The notes beneath the pieces were generated by a model that made no database searches, had not been told where the DNA came from, and saw only the letters and a program-made list of their open reading frames with translations. DNA of 64,000 bases from an uncultured Dorea sp. GTDB lineage: Bacteria > Bacillota > Clostridia > Lachnospirales > Lachnospiraceae. A program made the translations under genes and the position numbers. Within the stretch, counting starts at the first letter, position 1, and each line of letters opens with the position of its first letter. The DNA lies in assembly GCA_900543415.1 (NCBI GenBank), contig UQRE01000003.1:30014-94013 (forward strand), read 5' to 3'. Shown here in pieces: positions 18,598 through 28,943 of this stretch.

Positions 18598-20037
18598 TTA
18601 GTAAGATTTTCCCCAGTATGCCATGTGTTTTGCAGGTTTTCCACAGTAGATACATTTATCGGAAATCATTTCTTCATCCTCGATCAGGCATCGTGTTGCC
18701 GCTCCGCCTGTTGCGTATTTTACTTCACCTTCACATTCCGGATCTCCACACCAGCATGCTTTTACAAAACCACGATTTGCTTTGAACTTCTCTACCATTT
18801 CATCCATAGTCACTGCTGTATCGATGTGGTTGTCAAGGAATTCCTTAGCTCTGTCATACATATCCTGCTGTTCCTGCTCTAAGATTTCACGCAGTTTTAC
18901 TGCAATGTCATCCAGAGATACGACAATCTTCTCACGTGTATCACGACGAACAACAACAACCTGATTTTTCTCGATATCTTTTGGTCCGATCTCGATACGG
19001 GTTGGAATACCAAGGATCTCCTGTTCAGAGAATTTCCATCCAGGACTCTTCTCAGAATCATCGATCTTCACGCGGTATCCTGCTTTCTTAAGCTCGTCAA
19101 GCAATGCGTATGCCCGGTCAAGCACACCTTCTTTGTGCTGCGCGATCGGAATCACTCTACACTCAACCGGCGCAACGTGTGGTGGAAGAACAAGTCCGTC
19201 ATCATCACCGTGAACCATGATAAGCGCTCCGATACTTCTTGTGGACCATCCCCATGATGTCTCGTATACACTGTGAGGTTCATTGTTTTTATCAATATAT
19301 TTAATACCAAATGCATCCGGGAATCCACTTCCGAAGAAATGGCTTGTTGCAGACTGTAATGCCTTACCATCATGCATCAATGCTTCTACTGTGTAAGTGT
19401 CCTGAGCTCCGGCAAATTTCTCGTGTTCTGCTTTTCTTCCTGATACATAAGGAATCGCCATTGTCTCTCTGTAGCAGTCTTCATATACATGGAACATCTG
19501 AATTGTACGTTCTTCCGCTTCTTCATATGTTGCGTGAATGGTGTGTCCTTCCTGCCATAAGAACTCTCTGGAACGAAGGAAAGGTCTTGTTGTCTTCTCC
19601 CAACGAAGTACGCTGTTCCACTGGTTCCATACTTTCGGAAGATCACGATAAGATTTTACTGTTCTTGCCCACAGGTCACAAAATAAAGTCTCAGAAGTAG
19701 GACGGATACAAAGTCTCTCCTGTAATCTCTCCATACCACCGTGTGTTACCCATGCAACTTCCGGTGCAAATCCGTCAATGTGATCTGACTCTTTCTCCAA
19801 AAGACTTTCCGGAATTAAAAGTGGCAAAGATACGTTCTCTACCCCTGTCTCTTTAAAACGTCTGTCCAAGTCTGCCTGAATCAGTTCCCAGATTGCATAT
19901 CCGTTTGGCAGATAGTTAAGACATCCTTTTACACTTGAATAATCACAAAGCTCTGCTTCTCGCACAACATCTGTATACCACTGTGCGAAATTTTCATCAC
20001 GAGGTGTGATGTTTTTGACTAATTTTTCTTTTGCCAT
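18598..20037 (-). CDS. proS: Proline--tRNA ligase (archaeal/eukaryote-like class II ProRS with C-terminal zinc domain)
   Basis: Class II aaRS motifs and a C-terminal Cys cluster (CWCGDPECE...CIYCGK). RBS GGAG supports a start at MAKEKL (20037). The ORF opens at 20067. Confidence 0.9.
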   Translation of the reverse strand: MAKEKLVKNITPRDENFAQWYTDVVREAELCDYSSVKGCLNYLPNGYAIWELIQADLDRRFKETGVENVSLPLLIPESLLEKESDHIDGFAPEVAWVTHGGMERLQERLCIRPTSETLFCDLWARTVKSYRDLPKVWNQWNSVLRWEKTTRPFLRSREFLWQEGHTIHATYEEAEERTIQMFHVYEDCYRETMAIPYVSGRKAEHEKFAGAQDTYTVEALMHDGKALQSATSHFFGSGFPDAFGIKYIDKNNEPHSVYETSWGWSTRSIGALIMVHGDDDGLVLPPHVAPVECRVIPIAQHKEGVLDRAYALLDELKKAGYRVKIDDSEKSPGWKFSEQEILGIPTRIEIGPKDIEKNQVVVVRRDTREKIVVSLDDIAVKLREILEQEQQDMYDRAKEFLDNHIDTAVTMDEMVEKFKANRGFVKACWCGDPECEGEVKYATGGAATRCLIEDEEMISDKCIYCGKPAKHMAYWGKSY

Positions 20038-20067
20038 GTTTCTCTTCTCCTTTTCATACATTTTCAC

Positions 20068-20401
20068 GAAGCCCTTGCCCCGCCTTATATTTTACGAAGA
20101 GCGCATCCTGTTGGAAACAAAAAAACGCCAAGCCTCCTGCGCTCCCTGCGAAAGGGACCGAAAAGCTCGGCGGTACCACCCTAGTTAACTGCAACCCACT
20201 TACAGTTCTCTCATTTATCGTTATCGCTGATAAGCGCTGTATTTTCATACAGAGGCTCCAAGGCCGGTTCCATATAAGTGTTAGGCAGAAATCTCGCACC
20301 ATCTGATTTCCTCTCTGAGCCGGCTTACATGTACTAATCCTCTTCACAGCCAAAAATCTTGAGTTAAACGTAATTTTAATCTATACACTTTCGTTTGTCA
20401 A
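20068..20401 (-). ncRNA. T-box riboswitch leader of proS (with sigma-A promoter)
   Basis: Minus strand carries TTGACA-17-TAAAAT (20401-20373). The leader has AGAGAGG, a candidate specifier region GGAACCGGCC (Pro codon CCG), and the conserved T-box AACUAGGGUGGUACCGCCG (plus strand 20169-20188). A terminator hairpin ending GCUUGGCGUUUUUUU lies before the proS RBS. Confidence 0.75.
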
Positions 20402-20488
20402 GGTCTGAAATTCCTTCCTTTTACCAGATTCTCGACATTTTTCTATTCATTCTTTTCATATATACATATCAATGATATAATTAAACAC

Positions 20489-21691
20489 ATGAAGTATTTA
20501 AGAACATGTACCCTGCTGCTCTGCCTTCTGACTGCATCAGTATCTCTATCGGTATGCGGTTCTAAAGAAGAGCATCAGCCGGACAAAACACAAACCGAAA
20601 AACAATTGAATACAGACAAAAACACTTCGATAAAATCAAAGGAACAACCTCCTGTAAAAGTGACCGATACAACATTTACAAGACTGTCCCGAACAGAGCT
20701 TCAGATTTCATGGTCGGATTCTCTCAATCCTTATGTCGCGAAATATGATGTTCTTCGTAAATGTCCCGAACATTCCCAATGGACGGTCATCCAGACGCTC
20801 CACTCAGATGGAGAAACACTGGGGCGAACACTTGCTGTCACAGATACGCTGTCTGACGATTCCATGCAGCAATACCTTTACCGAGTGGATATAACCGCAG
20901 CTTCTCCGGATAAATACAAGAGCGAATCCGGCAAAGAGATTCCGGCAACAAATCTTATTCTCTGTATTGATCCCGGACATTTCGAAGGAAAAAATGCTGT
21001 TACCTCAGATGATCTTGGCTACGCAGAAGGAGATTTTACTCTGGCACTTGCTATTGAACTTGAGAAAACGCTGAAAGAAACTTATGGAATCAGTTCCAAG
21101 CTCACGCGCAATTCCGGCACGATTACCATTGACGGATATGAAGACCGGCAATTAGATTCTTCACACATCAGTCTGCGCGGAGAACTGGCAAAGGATTGCG
21201 ACCTATTTGTATCCCTTCACACCAACGCCAATCTGGAAAATGCCGGCGGCTCCCCAACCGAGCAGCAGCCCATTTCCATAAATAAACCGATTATTTTCGT
21301 TAATTCCGTTGCGCTTGACAATCCGACAGCGCTTCGCATTGCAAATGAAGCAGGCAGCCGCCTCGCCGCCGCTTCTTTTGACAAAGGTCTTTCGGAAACC
21401 AAAGCCTTTCGGGAAGCCCAAAAACAAGAAGTCCTTGAATGGACGGACGCCTATAATGACAGCCGTGACAAAGAAGGAACCGTATGTAAGCGCACGGGAA
21501 CAAAAGGGGATTACTATGGTGTTCTGCGCGGAGCTTCTAACGTACAGGTTCCCGGTCTCATCATCGAACACGGATTTCATACTGTGCCGGAGGTTCGTCA
21601 GGCTGCTGTTAAAGGGGACTTAAAAGCGGTCTGGAGCAAAGCAGATGCAGAAGGTATCGCTGCCGGTTTTGGTCTTTTAGAAAATGAATAA
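20489..21691 (+). CDS. Lipoprotein N-acetylmuramoyl-L-alanine amidase (Amidase_3) with FN3-like N-domain
   Basis: Signal peptide with lipobox LSVCGS. The amidase_3 signature is ILCIDPGHF...SLHTNA...EHGFHT. Confidence 0.8.
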   Translation: MKYLRTCTLLLCLLTASVSLSVCGSKEEHQPDKTQTEKQLNTDKNTSIKSKEQPPVKVTDTTFTRLSRTELQISWSDSLNPYVAKYDVLRKCPEHSQWTVIQTLHSDGETLGRTLAVTDTLSDDSMQQYLYRVDITAASPDKYKSESGKEIPATNLILCIDPGHFEGKNAVTSDDLGYAEGDFTLALAIELEKTLKETYGISSKLTRNSGTITIDGYEDRQLDSSHISLRGELAKDCDLFVSLHTNANLENAGGSPTEQQPISINKPIIFVNSVALDNPTALRIANEAGSRLAAASFDKGLSETKAFREAQKQEVLEWTDAYNDSRDKEGTVCKRTGTKGDYYGVLRGASNVQVPGLIIEHGFHTVPEVRQAAVKGDLKAVWSKADAEGIAAGFGLLENE

Positions 21692-21744
21692 TTACATAAG
21701 GAAACTTTTATTTATAATAACTTGAGAGTAAAGGAGAAACTATT

Positions 21745-23739
21745 ATGTTTTGTAAAAATTGTGGAAGTCCACTGGATGATAATGCTTCATTCTGTGGCAA
21801 TTGCGGCGCAAAAGTAAATCAAGAAAAGGCTCAAGCCGAACCTTCTTCAAATAAAGAAAAACATTCGCCACTGAAATTTGTATTTCTGATTCTCACCCTG
21901 CTTCTGGTCTGCGGCGGTCTCTATGCTACCGTCGGATTAAATATGCGCAAAAACCATTTGATGTCTAAAATAGAAGAATCAAAAGTTGACGAATATGTAA
22001 CTGCCGGAAAAAGACTGAACAAACAGTGGTCAAAACTTGGCATTACTGACTTTTCTGACAAGAACGATCTTTTAAAGGATTTTAAAAAGATCAACAAAAA
22101 TGTTTCCGATTTCCAGTCCTGCAGCAAAGAGGTCAAAACCATGCAGGAAGAAAAAGCACACTATGATCTCGCACACGAAAAATACGAAGAATATGAAAAA
22201 CTTCTTTCTGACTGTGCAGATGCAATAAAAGAAGAAGACGCCTCCGGCGCCTTAGAACTCTTTCAGGAAGTCAAACAATCTTTCTCTGATTTAAAAGCAG
22301 CCAATGATGATTACATCGATGACCGCATTGACACTTACGAAAATCTGGACCTTAAAGGTGCCGAAGACAAAGTTAAAACGTCCTACGACAAAAATCTTTC
22401 TAAAATCCATGAGCTTGCAAAGAGTGAAGACCGCGATTACAAAGCGCTCCAAAAAGCATTTAACACAATGGATCAAGCAATTTTCATGTATATCGAACCG
22501 AAAAATCCTTTGGAGGTCACCGTTCAGCAGGTAGACGCCTCTGAATTTCCAAAGGTGAAATTATATGTGAACCTGAAAGATCCTGCCACTCAAAAGGTTC
22601 CCGACAATCTGGATAAGGCGCTTTTCTATATCAACAAAGAGGATGCAAATCAGAAATACATCAAGCAGGTTGTCACTTCTGTAAACCAGCTCAATGAGAA
22701 AGAAGCGCTGAAGATCAACATGGTTGCTGACGTCAGCGGAAGTATGGACGGGGCACCGCTTGCAGAAGCAAAAAACATCATGATTAATTTCATTAACAGT
22801 GTACAGTTTGACGCAGGCGACCTTGTAGAACTTACATCCTTTTCCACAGGTGTGCGCCTGGAGCGGGAATTTTGTGATGACCCGAATGTTTTGACAAACG
22901 ACATAAATGCACTTTATACCGATGATATGACCAGTCTCTATGATGCTCTCTATACAGCGGTTGAACGTGTAGCAACCCAGACAGGTGCAAGATGTGTCAT
23001 CGCTTTCACCGATGGAAACGATAACTATAGTAACTGTACTCCTCAGGATGTCATCGATGTGGCTAAGCGTTACCATATTCCGGTCTTTATCATCGGCATT
23101 GGTTCGGTTAATTCCAACGATCCAAGCCAGATTGCAGCTCAGACCGGCGGAGCTTATTATAATATCAACACCGTTGACTCTATGCAAAATATCTATGATG
23201 AAATCTATCAGATGGAAAAAGAACTCTACCTTGTAGAATTTGAAGACAACACCGGAGCAACGGTAAAAGATACCGCTCAGATCGAAGCCGGATACCACAG
23301 TCTGGAATACGGCGGAAAATGCAGCTATTCTTACACACCGAATGTACTGCTTAATCCGAACAGCACTTCCATTTATCAGGATGGTCCGGAAGCAGTTGTA
23401 GAAAGATACTTGAAGAACTTCCCTCAGGCTGTCACAGATTCCGACTTTTCACTGATTGCAGACTGTATGAAGCAAGGCAGCGCAATCTATACCGAACAGG
23501 AAAAATATGTGAAACGCAATATTGAAGAGACTCTGGATTCTTACGAGATTGTGGACACCCAATACAGCGGAGACAGCAACTGCGTAATCTCTACACGGGA
23601 AACATACTATGTTCAAGTACAGGGCAAAGCTCTTCAGCTCATGACACAGGAATGTAAATACTCCTTAGAGAAAAACGGAAATGACTGGAAGATGACTTCC
23701 TTCGTTGATCTCAAAGTCACTTCAAGAATTAAACAATAA
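21745..23739 (+). CDS. Zinc-ribbon / single-TM / coiled-coil / von Willebrand factor A domain protein
   Basis: 664 aa. N-terminal CxxC-x13-CxxC zinc ribbon (FCKNCGSP...FCGNCGAK), a TM helix LKFVFLILTLLLVCGGLYATV, a long charged coiled-coil region, and a vWA domain with the MIDAS motif DVSGSMDG...T..D. A strong RBS AAAGGAG precedes it. Confidence 0.8.
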   Translation: MFCKNCGSPLDDNASFCGNCGAKVNQEKAQAEPSSNKEKHSPLKFVFLILTLLLVCGGLYATVGLNMRKNHLMSKIEESKVDEYVTAGKRLNKQWSKLGITDFSDKNDLLKDFKKINKNVSDFQSCSKEVKTMQEEKAHYDLAHEKYEEYEKLLSDCADAIKEEDASGALELFQEVKQSFSDLKAANDDYIDDRIDTYENLDLKGAEDKVKTSYDKNLSKIHELAKSEDRDYKALQKAFNTMDQAIFMYIEPKNPLEVTVQQVDASEFPKVKLYVNLKDPATQKVPDNLDKALFYINKEDANQKYIKQVVTSVNQLNEKEALKINMVADVSGSMDGAPLAEAKNIMINFINSVQFDAGDLVELTSFSTGVRLEREFCDDPNVLTNDINALYTDDMTSLYDALYTAVERVATQTGARCVIAFTDGNDNYSNCTPQDVIDVAKRYHIPVFIIGIGSVNSNDPSQIAAQTGGAYYNINTVDSMQNIYDEIYQMEKELYLVEFEDNTGATVKDTAQIEAGYHSLEYGGKCSYSYTPNVLLNPNSTSIYQDGPEAVVERYLKNFPQAVTDSDFSLIADCMKQGSAIYTEQEKYVKRNIEETLDSYEIVDTQYSGDSNCVISTRETYYVQVQGKALQLMTQECKYSLEKNGNDWKMTSFVDLKVTSRIKQ

Positions 23740-23757
23740 CAATTAGGAACTTTAGAA

Positions 23758-24432
23758 ATGATAAATTCTTTGAACATTTTATATGAAGACAACCACATCC
23801 TTGTCTGCGAAAAGCCTTCCGGTATCGCCGTACAAAGCCGGCGTATCGGAACTGCGGACATGGAATCACTTTTAAAAAATCATATTTTCCGGGAAGGTAA
23901 CGGACAGCGTCCTCCCTATCTGGCAGTCATTCACCGATTGGATCAGCCTGTGCGCGGTATCCTTGTATTTGCGAAAACACCTTTCAGCGCAAAAGAGTTA
24001 AACCGTCAGCTGACAGATGGTTCCTTCGGAAAATACTACCGTGCATTGGCAGATGGTATTCCGTCTAAACCGGAAGGAATCTTGACCGATTATATGATAA
24101 AAAACGGACGCACCAACTTATCGTCTATTTGCGCCAAAGACCAGCCCGGTGCTAAACAGGCGCGCCTTACTTACCATACGGTTGCACCGGAAAAGCTTTT
24201 CTTTCCTGCACCGGCTGCCTCCTCTCGTCAGACAGAATTGGAAATTAAGTTAGACACCGGACGTCATCATCAAATCCGCTGTCAACTGGCTCACCTTGGC
24301 TGTCCGATTGTAGGAGATGCAAAATACAATCCAAATGCACAGCACGGGACAACCATCTGCCTGTGCGCTTATAAGCTGGAGTTCCGGCATCCAAAGACGA
24401 AGAAAAAACTGACATTTAAACTCTCAACATAA
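23758..24432 (+). CDS. RluA-family pseudouridine synthase
   Basis: 224 aa with the catalytic motif HRLDQPVRGIL. Stop-start spacing to the vWA gene is 18 nt. Confidence 0.85.
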   Translation: MINSLNILYEDNHILVCEKPSGIAVQSRRIGTADMESLLKNHIFREGNGQRPPYLAVIHRLDQPVRGILVFAKTPFSAKELNRQLTDGSFGKYYRALADGIPSKPEGILTDYMIKNGRTNLSSICAKDQPGAKQARLTYHTVAPEKLFFPAPAASSRQTELEIKLDTGRHHQIRCQLAHLGCPIVGDAKYNPNAQHGTTICLCAYKLEFRHPKTKKKLTFKLST

Positions 24433-24478
24433 AAACATGCCTGTGGGAACCAAAATACTGCTTCCCACAGGCATGTTT
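24433..24478. terminator. Bidirectional intrinsic terminator (rluA-family / spoVG convergent)
   Basis: Perfect 17-bp stem aaacatgcctgtgggaa/ttcccacaggcatgttt, flanked by T-runs on both strands. Confidence 0.65.
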
Positions 24479-24500
24479 TATATTGTAATTATTTTTTCAA

Positions 24501-24776
24501 TTATACTTCCTCAGGTTCCTCTGTCAGAGCCTCTTCATATTTCTCAAGAATAATCTTTTGAAACCGCTCTCTTGTCCCTGAGTTAATTGGATGAGCAATA
24601 TCTCTATACTCTCCATCTAATGCCTTCTTACTTGGCATTGCGATGAAAACACCTTTTTCACCTTCAATGACTTTAATGTCATGTACTACAAACTCATCAT
24701 CCATAGTAATTGACACAACCGCCTTTAATTTTCCCTCTTTTGCGACTTTTCGCACACGTACATCTGTAATTTGCAT
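24501..24776 (-). CDS. spoVG: Septation protein SpoVG
   Basis: Canonical [10 protein letters not shown] start and a conserved SpoVG core. The ORF-track N-terminal extension is likely not translated. Confidence 0.9.
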   Translation of the reverse strand: MQITDVRVRKVAKEGKLKAVVSITMDDEFVVHDIKVIEGEKGVFIAMPSKKALDGEYRDIAHPINSGTRERFQKIILEKYEEALTEEPEEV

Positions 24777-24808
24777 TCTCTTCTGCCCCTTTCTTACAAG
24801 CCGCTGCA

Positions 24809-25927
24809 CTATAGTGCATACCTCTCGTTCTTTTCAACAACTACTTTCACACCATCTTCGCCAATGTATCTTGTGTTTGCTCTGATGGTATTTCTACTCT
24901 CGACAATACAGTTTTCAATATAGGTATTGTCCCCGAGATACACATCATTTAAAATAATAGAATTTTTAATGACACAATTATTACCGACAAATGTCTTTTT
25001 AAATAATATAGAATTTTCCACCGTACCATTGATAATACTTCCGCTTGCCACAAGGCTGTTCTTCACAACCGCACCCGGATTATATTTCGCCGGCGGCAGA
25101 TCACTTACCTTTGAATAGATTTCCGGCTCCTGCCGGAAGAAATAATTTCTGACTTCCGGTTTCAGGAAATCCATATTTGTCCGATAATAAGCATCGACTG
25201 TTGATATGCTGCTCCAGTAATTTTTTATCTTATAACCATATATTTTCTTCAGATTTCTGTATCTGATAAGAATATCGGTTACAAAATCATGTCTGTCCTC
25301 TTCTGCACAATGTTCGATCATCTCGATCAACAGGCGTCTTCTGATTACATAGATTCCCGTTGAGATAATACTTCCATTTGCCACCATAGGTTTTTCTTCA
25401 AATTCCTCAATGCGCATCGAGTCATTCATTTTTAATACACCAAAACGGCTTGCGTCTTCGCCCCGCTCCAATTCTCTGCAGACAACAGTGATATCCGCCA
25501 TCTTAGCGATATGATATTCAAGGACTTTATTATAGTCCATCTTGTAAACGGCATCTCCCGATGTGATGATCACATACGGCTCATGGCAACGTTTCAAAAA
25601 TTCCAGATTCTGGTGAATTGCATCTGCGGTTCCCCGATACCAGTATCCATTATCCGCAGTAATGGTCGGAGTAAATACATACAGACCACCCTGTTTTCTT
25701 CCAAAATCCCACCACTTGGAAGAATTCAGATGTTCGTTTAACGAACGTGAGTTATACTGTGTCAATACGGCAACTTTCTGAATATGTGAATTGGACATAT
25801 TACTCAAAGCAAAGTCAATTGCCCGATAGCTGCCTGCGATCGGCATTGCCGCTGCCGCCCTCTTACGAGTCAGATCGCGCATTCTGTTGCTGTTTCCGCC
25901 TGCTAAAATAATTCCTACTGCTCTCAT
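24809..25927 (-). CDS. glgD: Glucose-1-phosphate adenylyltransferase regulatory subunit GlgD
   Basis: 372 aa NTP-transferase plus left-handed beta-helix. It lacks the GlgC catalytic signature and follows glgC with a 4-nt overlap. Confidence 0.85.
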   Translation of the reverse strand: MRAVGIILAGGNSNRMRDLTRKRAAAAMPIAGSYRAIDFALSNMSNSHIQKVAVLTQYNSRSLNEHLNSSKWWDFGRKQGGLYVFTPTITADNGYWYRGTADAIHQNLEFLKRCHEPYVIITSGDAVYKMDYNKVLEYHIAKMADITVVCRELERGEDASRFGVLKMNDSMRIEEFEEKPMVANGSIISTGIYVIRRRLLIEMIEHCAEEDRHDFVTDILIRYRNLKKIYGYKIKNYWSSISTVDAYYRTNMDFLKPEVRNYFFRQEPEIYSKVSDLPPAKYNPGAVVKNSLVASGSIINGTVENSILFKKTFVGNNCVIKNSIILNDVYLGDNTYIENCIVESRNTIRANTRYIGEDGVKVVVEKNERYAL

Positions 25928-27198
25928 GCTCGTCCACCTGCCTTTATCAATGTTTCTCCGCTTTCCAGAACTCCGTCAGGATAATCTTCTCTGGATGTAA
26001 CACCGCTAATGGCAGTATTTTTTCCAATCTGCACTGATTCCGGAATCACTGAATTCTCTCCGATCGTCACAAGACCAAAAGAGTAAATTGCCGGTTTCAG
26101 CCGGTTTGGCACATCACTTCCTATTCCAAGTACCGCGTGATCTCCAATCTTCGTATTCTCCGCTATGATTGCTTTATCGATCACACATCCCTGTCCAATC
26201 TGCGCATCCCTCATAATGATAGAATCTCTCACTACTGCACCTTCGCCGATCACGACGCCGGAGCTGATGATACAGTTGTGTACCTCTCCGTAGATCTCTG
26301 CGCCATTTCCGATAATACACCGATCGATCACCGCCTGAGACGCTACATACTGCGGCGGAAGAATAGAACTGTTCGTATAGATCTTCCAGAATTCTTCATA
26401 GAGATTAAACTCCGGAATAATATCAATAAGCTCCATGTTCGCTTCCCAATATGAACCAAGCGTTCCTACGTCTTTCCAATATCCGTTGTATTCATAGGCA
26501 AATAAACGCTGCCCATTTTCATGGCAGTACGGAATGATGTGCTTTCCGAAATCACACCCCGGTTCATTTCGAAGTGCAATAAGCGCATCCTTTAACACCT
26601 GCCAGCTGAATATGTAGATTCCCATCGATGCGAGGTTACTCTTTGGCTGTGGCGGCTTTTCCTGAAATTCTTCAATCCGCCCTTCGCCGTCTGTAACTAC
26701 AACACCGAACCGGCTTGCTTCCTCGATAGGTACCGGCATTGCCGCAATCGTGATATCCGCATGATTGGCCTTGTGATAATCAAGCATTACCTCATAATCC
26801 ATCTTGTAGACGTGGTCGCCCGATAAGATCAGCACATAATCCGGATGAAATGTCTCCATATAATCCAGATTCTGGTAAATGGCATTGGCTGTCCCTGTAT
26901 ACCATTCGCTGTTGCCGCTCTTCTCATACGGCGGCAAGATTGTCACGCCTCCAAAGTTACGGTCCAGATCCCACGGAATTCCTATTCCTATATGAGAATT
27001 CAGTCGAAGCGGCTGGTACTGCGTCAATACTCCCACCGTGTCAATACCCGAATTAATACAGTTGCTCAAAGGGAAATCGATAATTCTGTACTTCCCTCCA
27101 AATGCAACTGCCGGCTTAGCAACTTTAGACGTTAGGACTCCAAGTCTGCTGCCCTGTCCACCCGCCAGAAGCATTGCAATCATTTCCTTCTTTCTCAT
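25924..27198 (-). CDS. glgC: Glucose-1-phosphate adenylyltransferase
   Basis: 424 aa with LAGGQGSRL and [13 protein letters not shown] motifs. Confidence 0.9.
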   Translation of the reverse strand: MRKKEMIAMLLAGGQGSRLGVLTSKVAKPAVAFGGKYRIIDFPLSNCINSGIDTVGVLTQYQPLRLNSHIGIGIPWDLDRNFGGVTILPPYEKSGNSEWYTGTANAIYQNLDYMETFHPDYVLILSGDHVYKMDYEVMLDYHKANHADITIAAMPVPIEEASRFGVVVTDGEGRIEEFQEKPPQPKSNLASMGIYIFSWQVLKDALIALRNEPGCDFGKHIIPYCHENGQRLFAYEYNGYWKDVGTLGSYWEANMELIDIIPEFNLYEEFWKIYTNSSILPPQYVASQAVIDRCIIGNGAEIYGEVHNCIISSGVVIGEGAVVRDSIIMRDAQIGQGCVIDKAIIAENTKIGDHAVLGIGSDVPNRLKPAIYSFGLVTIGENSVIPESVQIGKNTAISGVTSREDYPDGVLESGETLIKAGGRA

Positions 27199-27429
27199 AT
27201 CTCCACCCCTTCCCAGTCGTTCAATAACTGTATTATACCATAGTTTCTATAGTACGTGAACAAATTTTACAAATTTTAAAAACTTTTTCTTTACTTTTTA
27301 TGAAAATATACCAAAAAATTTAACCTTGGTTTTTTCTCAAGATATGTATATAATAATATGATAAGATACTATCATTTATGACACATATAATAATGGAATT
27401 GAACACATCAATAGAAAGGTGACTTACTT

Positions 27430-28806
27430 ATGTATAAAATTAATTTTACACAACCGGTACACGTTCACTTTATAGGAATCGGCGGTATCAGCATGAGCGG
27501 TCTTGCAGAGATTTTATTAAAAGAAGGCTTTACAGTCTCAGGTTCAGACAACAAGGAGTCTGCGCTCACCGATCAGCTGGAGAAAGCCGGCGCCAAAGTT
27601 TTTTATAAACAACAAGCTTCTAATATTATAGATGGAATTGATGTTGTCGTTTATACTGCTGCCATCCACGAGGACAATGAAGAATACCGCGCCGCGCTGG
27701 ACAGAGGACTTCCTATGTTAAGCCGCGCGGAATTATTAGGTCAGTTAATGACAAACTATCAGATTCCGATCGCTGTTTCCGGAACTCACGGAAAAACCAC
27801 AACTACATCAATGTTATCTCACATTTTATTAAGCGCTGATCTTGATCCTACCATTTCTGTGGGCGGAATCTTAAAGGCGATCGGCGGAAATATCCGCGTG
27901 GGAAATTCAGAAGTATTTCTGACAGAAGCATGTGAATACACGAATAGTTTTCTCCACTTTTTTCCTAAGATCAGTGTGATTCTCAACATTGATGAAGATC
28001 ACCTCGACTTTTTCAAAGATCTCGATGATATCCGCAGATCTTTCCGCAAGTTTGCAGAGCTTCTTCCCGCAGACGGCACTCTGGTGATCAACGGTGAAAT
28101 TCCTGATTACGAAGAATTGACAGAAGGACTATCCTGCCATGTTGTTACTTACGGTCCGGATACTTCCTTTGATTACAGCGCAGTGAACATCGCTCACGAT
28201 GCATCCGGATGCGCTTCTTTCGATTTTGTAAAACACGGAGAATTTGTAGCCCGCATTTCCTTATCCGTCAACGGCGACCACAACGTATCCAATGCGCTTT
28301 CCGCTCTCGCCGTTGCTGATGTTTTGAAGATTTCCGTTCAGGACGCCGGGGCAGGACTGAAAGATTTCCACGGCACAAACCGCCGTTTTGAATACAAGGG
28401 CGAATTTAACGGAGTGACTGTCATTGATGACTATGCCCACCATCCAACGGAGATCCACGCAAGCCTTGCTGCTGCAAAACACTATCCACACCGTGAGATC
28501 TGGTGCATTTTCCAGCCTCACACCTATACGAGAACAAAGGCTTTATTCCCGGAATTTGTGGATGCATTAATGCAGACGGATCATGTGATCTTAGCGGACA
28601 TTTATGCCGCACGTGAGACAGACACCCTCGGTATCTCCTCGAGAGACCTCGCCGAGGCATTAAAAGAAAAAGGCGCTGACACTTATTATTTCCCTTCTTT
28701 TGAAGATATTGAAAACTTCTGCAAAGAGAAGTGTCAAAAAGGGGACTTGTTGATAACTATGGGAGCTGGAGACGTTGTAAACATTGGGGAAACGCTTCTA
28801 AAATAA
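27430..28806 (+). CDS. murC: UDP-N-acetylmuramate--L-alanine ligase
   Basis: 458 aa Mur ligase with the GIGGISMSGLA N-terminal motif and the GTHGKTTT P-loop. Confidence 0.9.
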   Translation: MYKINFTQPVHVHFIGIGGISMSGLAEILLKEGFTVSGSDNKESALTDQLEKAGAKVFYKQQASNIIDGIDVVVYTAAIHEDNEEYRAALDRGLPMLSRAELLGQLMTNYQIPIAVSGTHGKTTTTSMLSHILLSADLDPTISVGGILKAIGGNIRVGNSEVFLTEACEYTNSFLHFFPKISVILNIDEDHLDFFKDLDDIRRSFRKFAELLPADGTLVINGEIPDYEELTEGLSCHVVTYGPDTSFDYSAVNIAHDASGCASFDFVKHGEFVARISLSVNGDHNVSNALSALAVADVLKISVQDAGAGLKDFHGTNRRFEYKGEFNGVTVIDDYAHHPTEIHASLAAAKHYPHREIWCIFQPHTYTRTKALFPEFVDALMQTDHVILADIYAARETDTLGISSRDLAEALKEKGADTYYFPSFEDIENFCKEKCQKGDLLITMGAGDVVNIGETLLK

Positions 28807-28809
28807 AAG

Positions 28810-28896
28810 TTATCCACATTTTCCACAGGATTTTATCCACAAAAAACTTGATTTTTGGCTCAAAAATTTCTTTTTTGCCTGTCCAACTAATGCTAT
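28810..28896 (+). promoter_or_regulatory. DnaA-box cluster plus extended -10 promoter upstream of dnaB-like/dnaI operon
   Basis: TTATCCACA at 28810-28818, TTTTCCACA at 28819-28827 (one mismatch) and TTATCCACA at 28833-28841. TGcTATAAT lies at 28888-28896. Confidence 0.6.
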
Positions 28897-28943
28897 AATG
28901 TCTCTACGAAATGAGAAATATTGGGGAAGGACCGGCAAAGGTT

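Noticed and set aside
22561-23298. 245-aa minus-strand ORF inside the vWA gene
   Set aside because: Antisense shadow of a well-supported plus-strand CDS. The composition is ORF-like only because of the codon bias of the sense strand.
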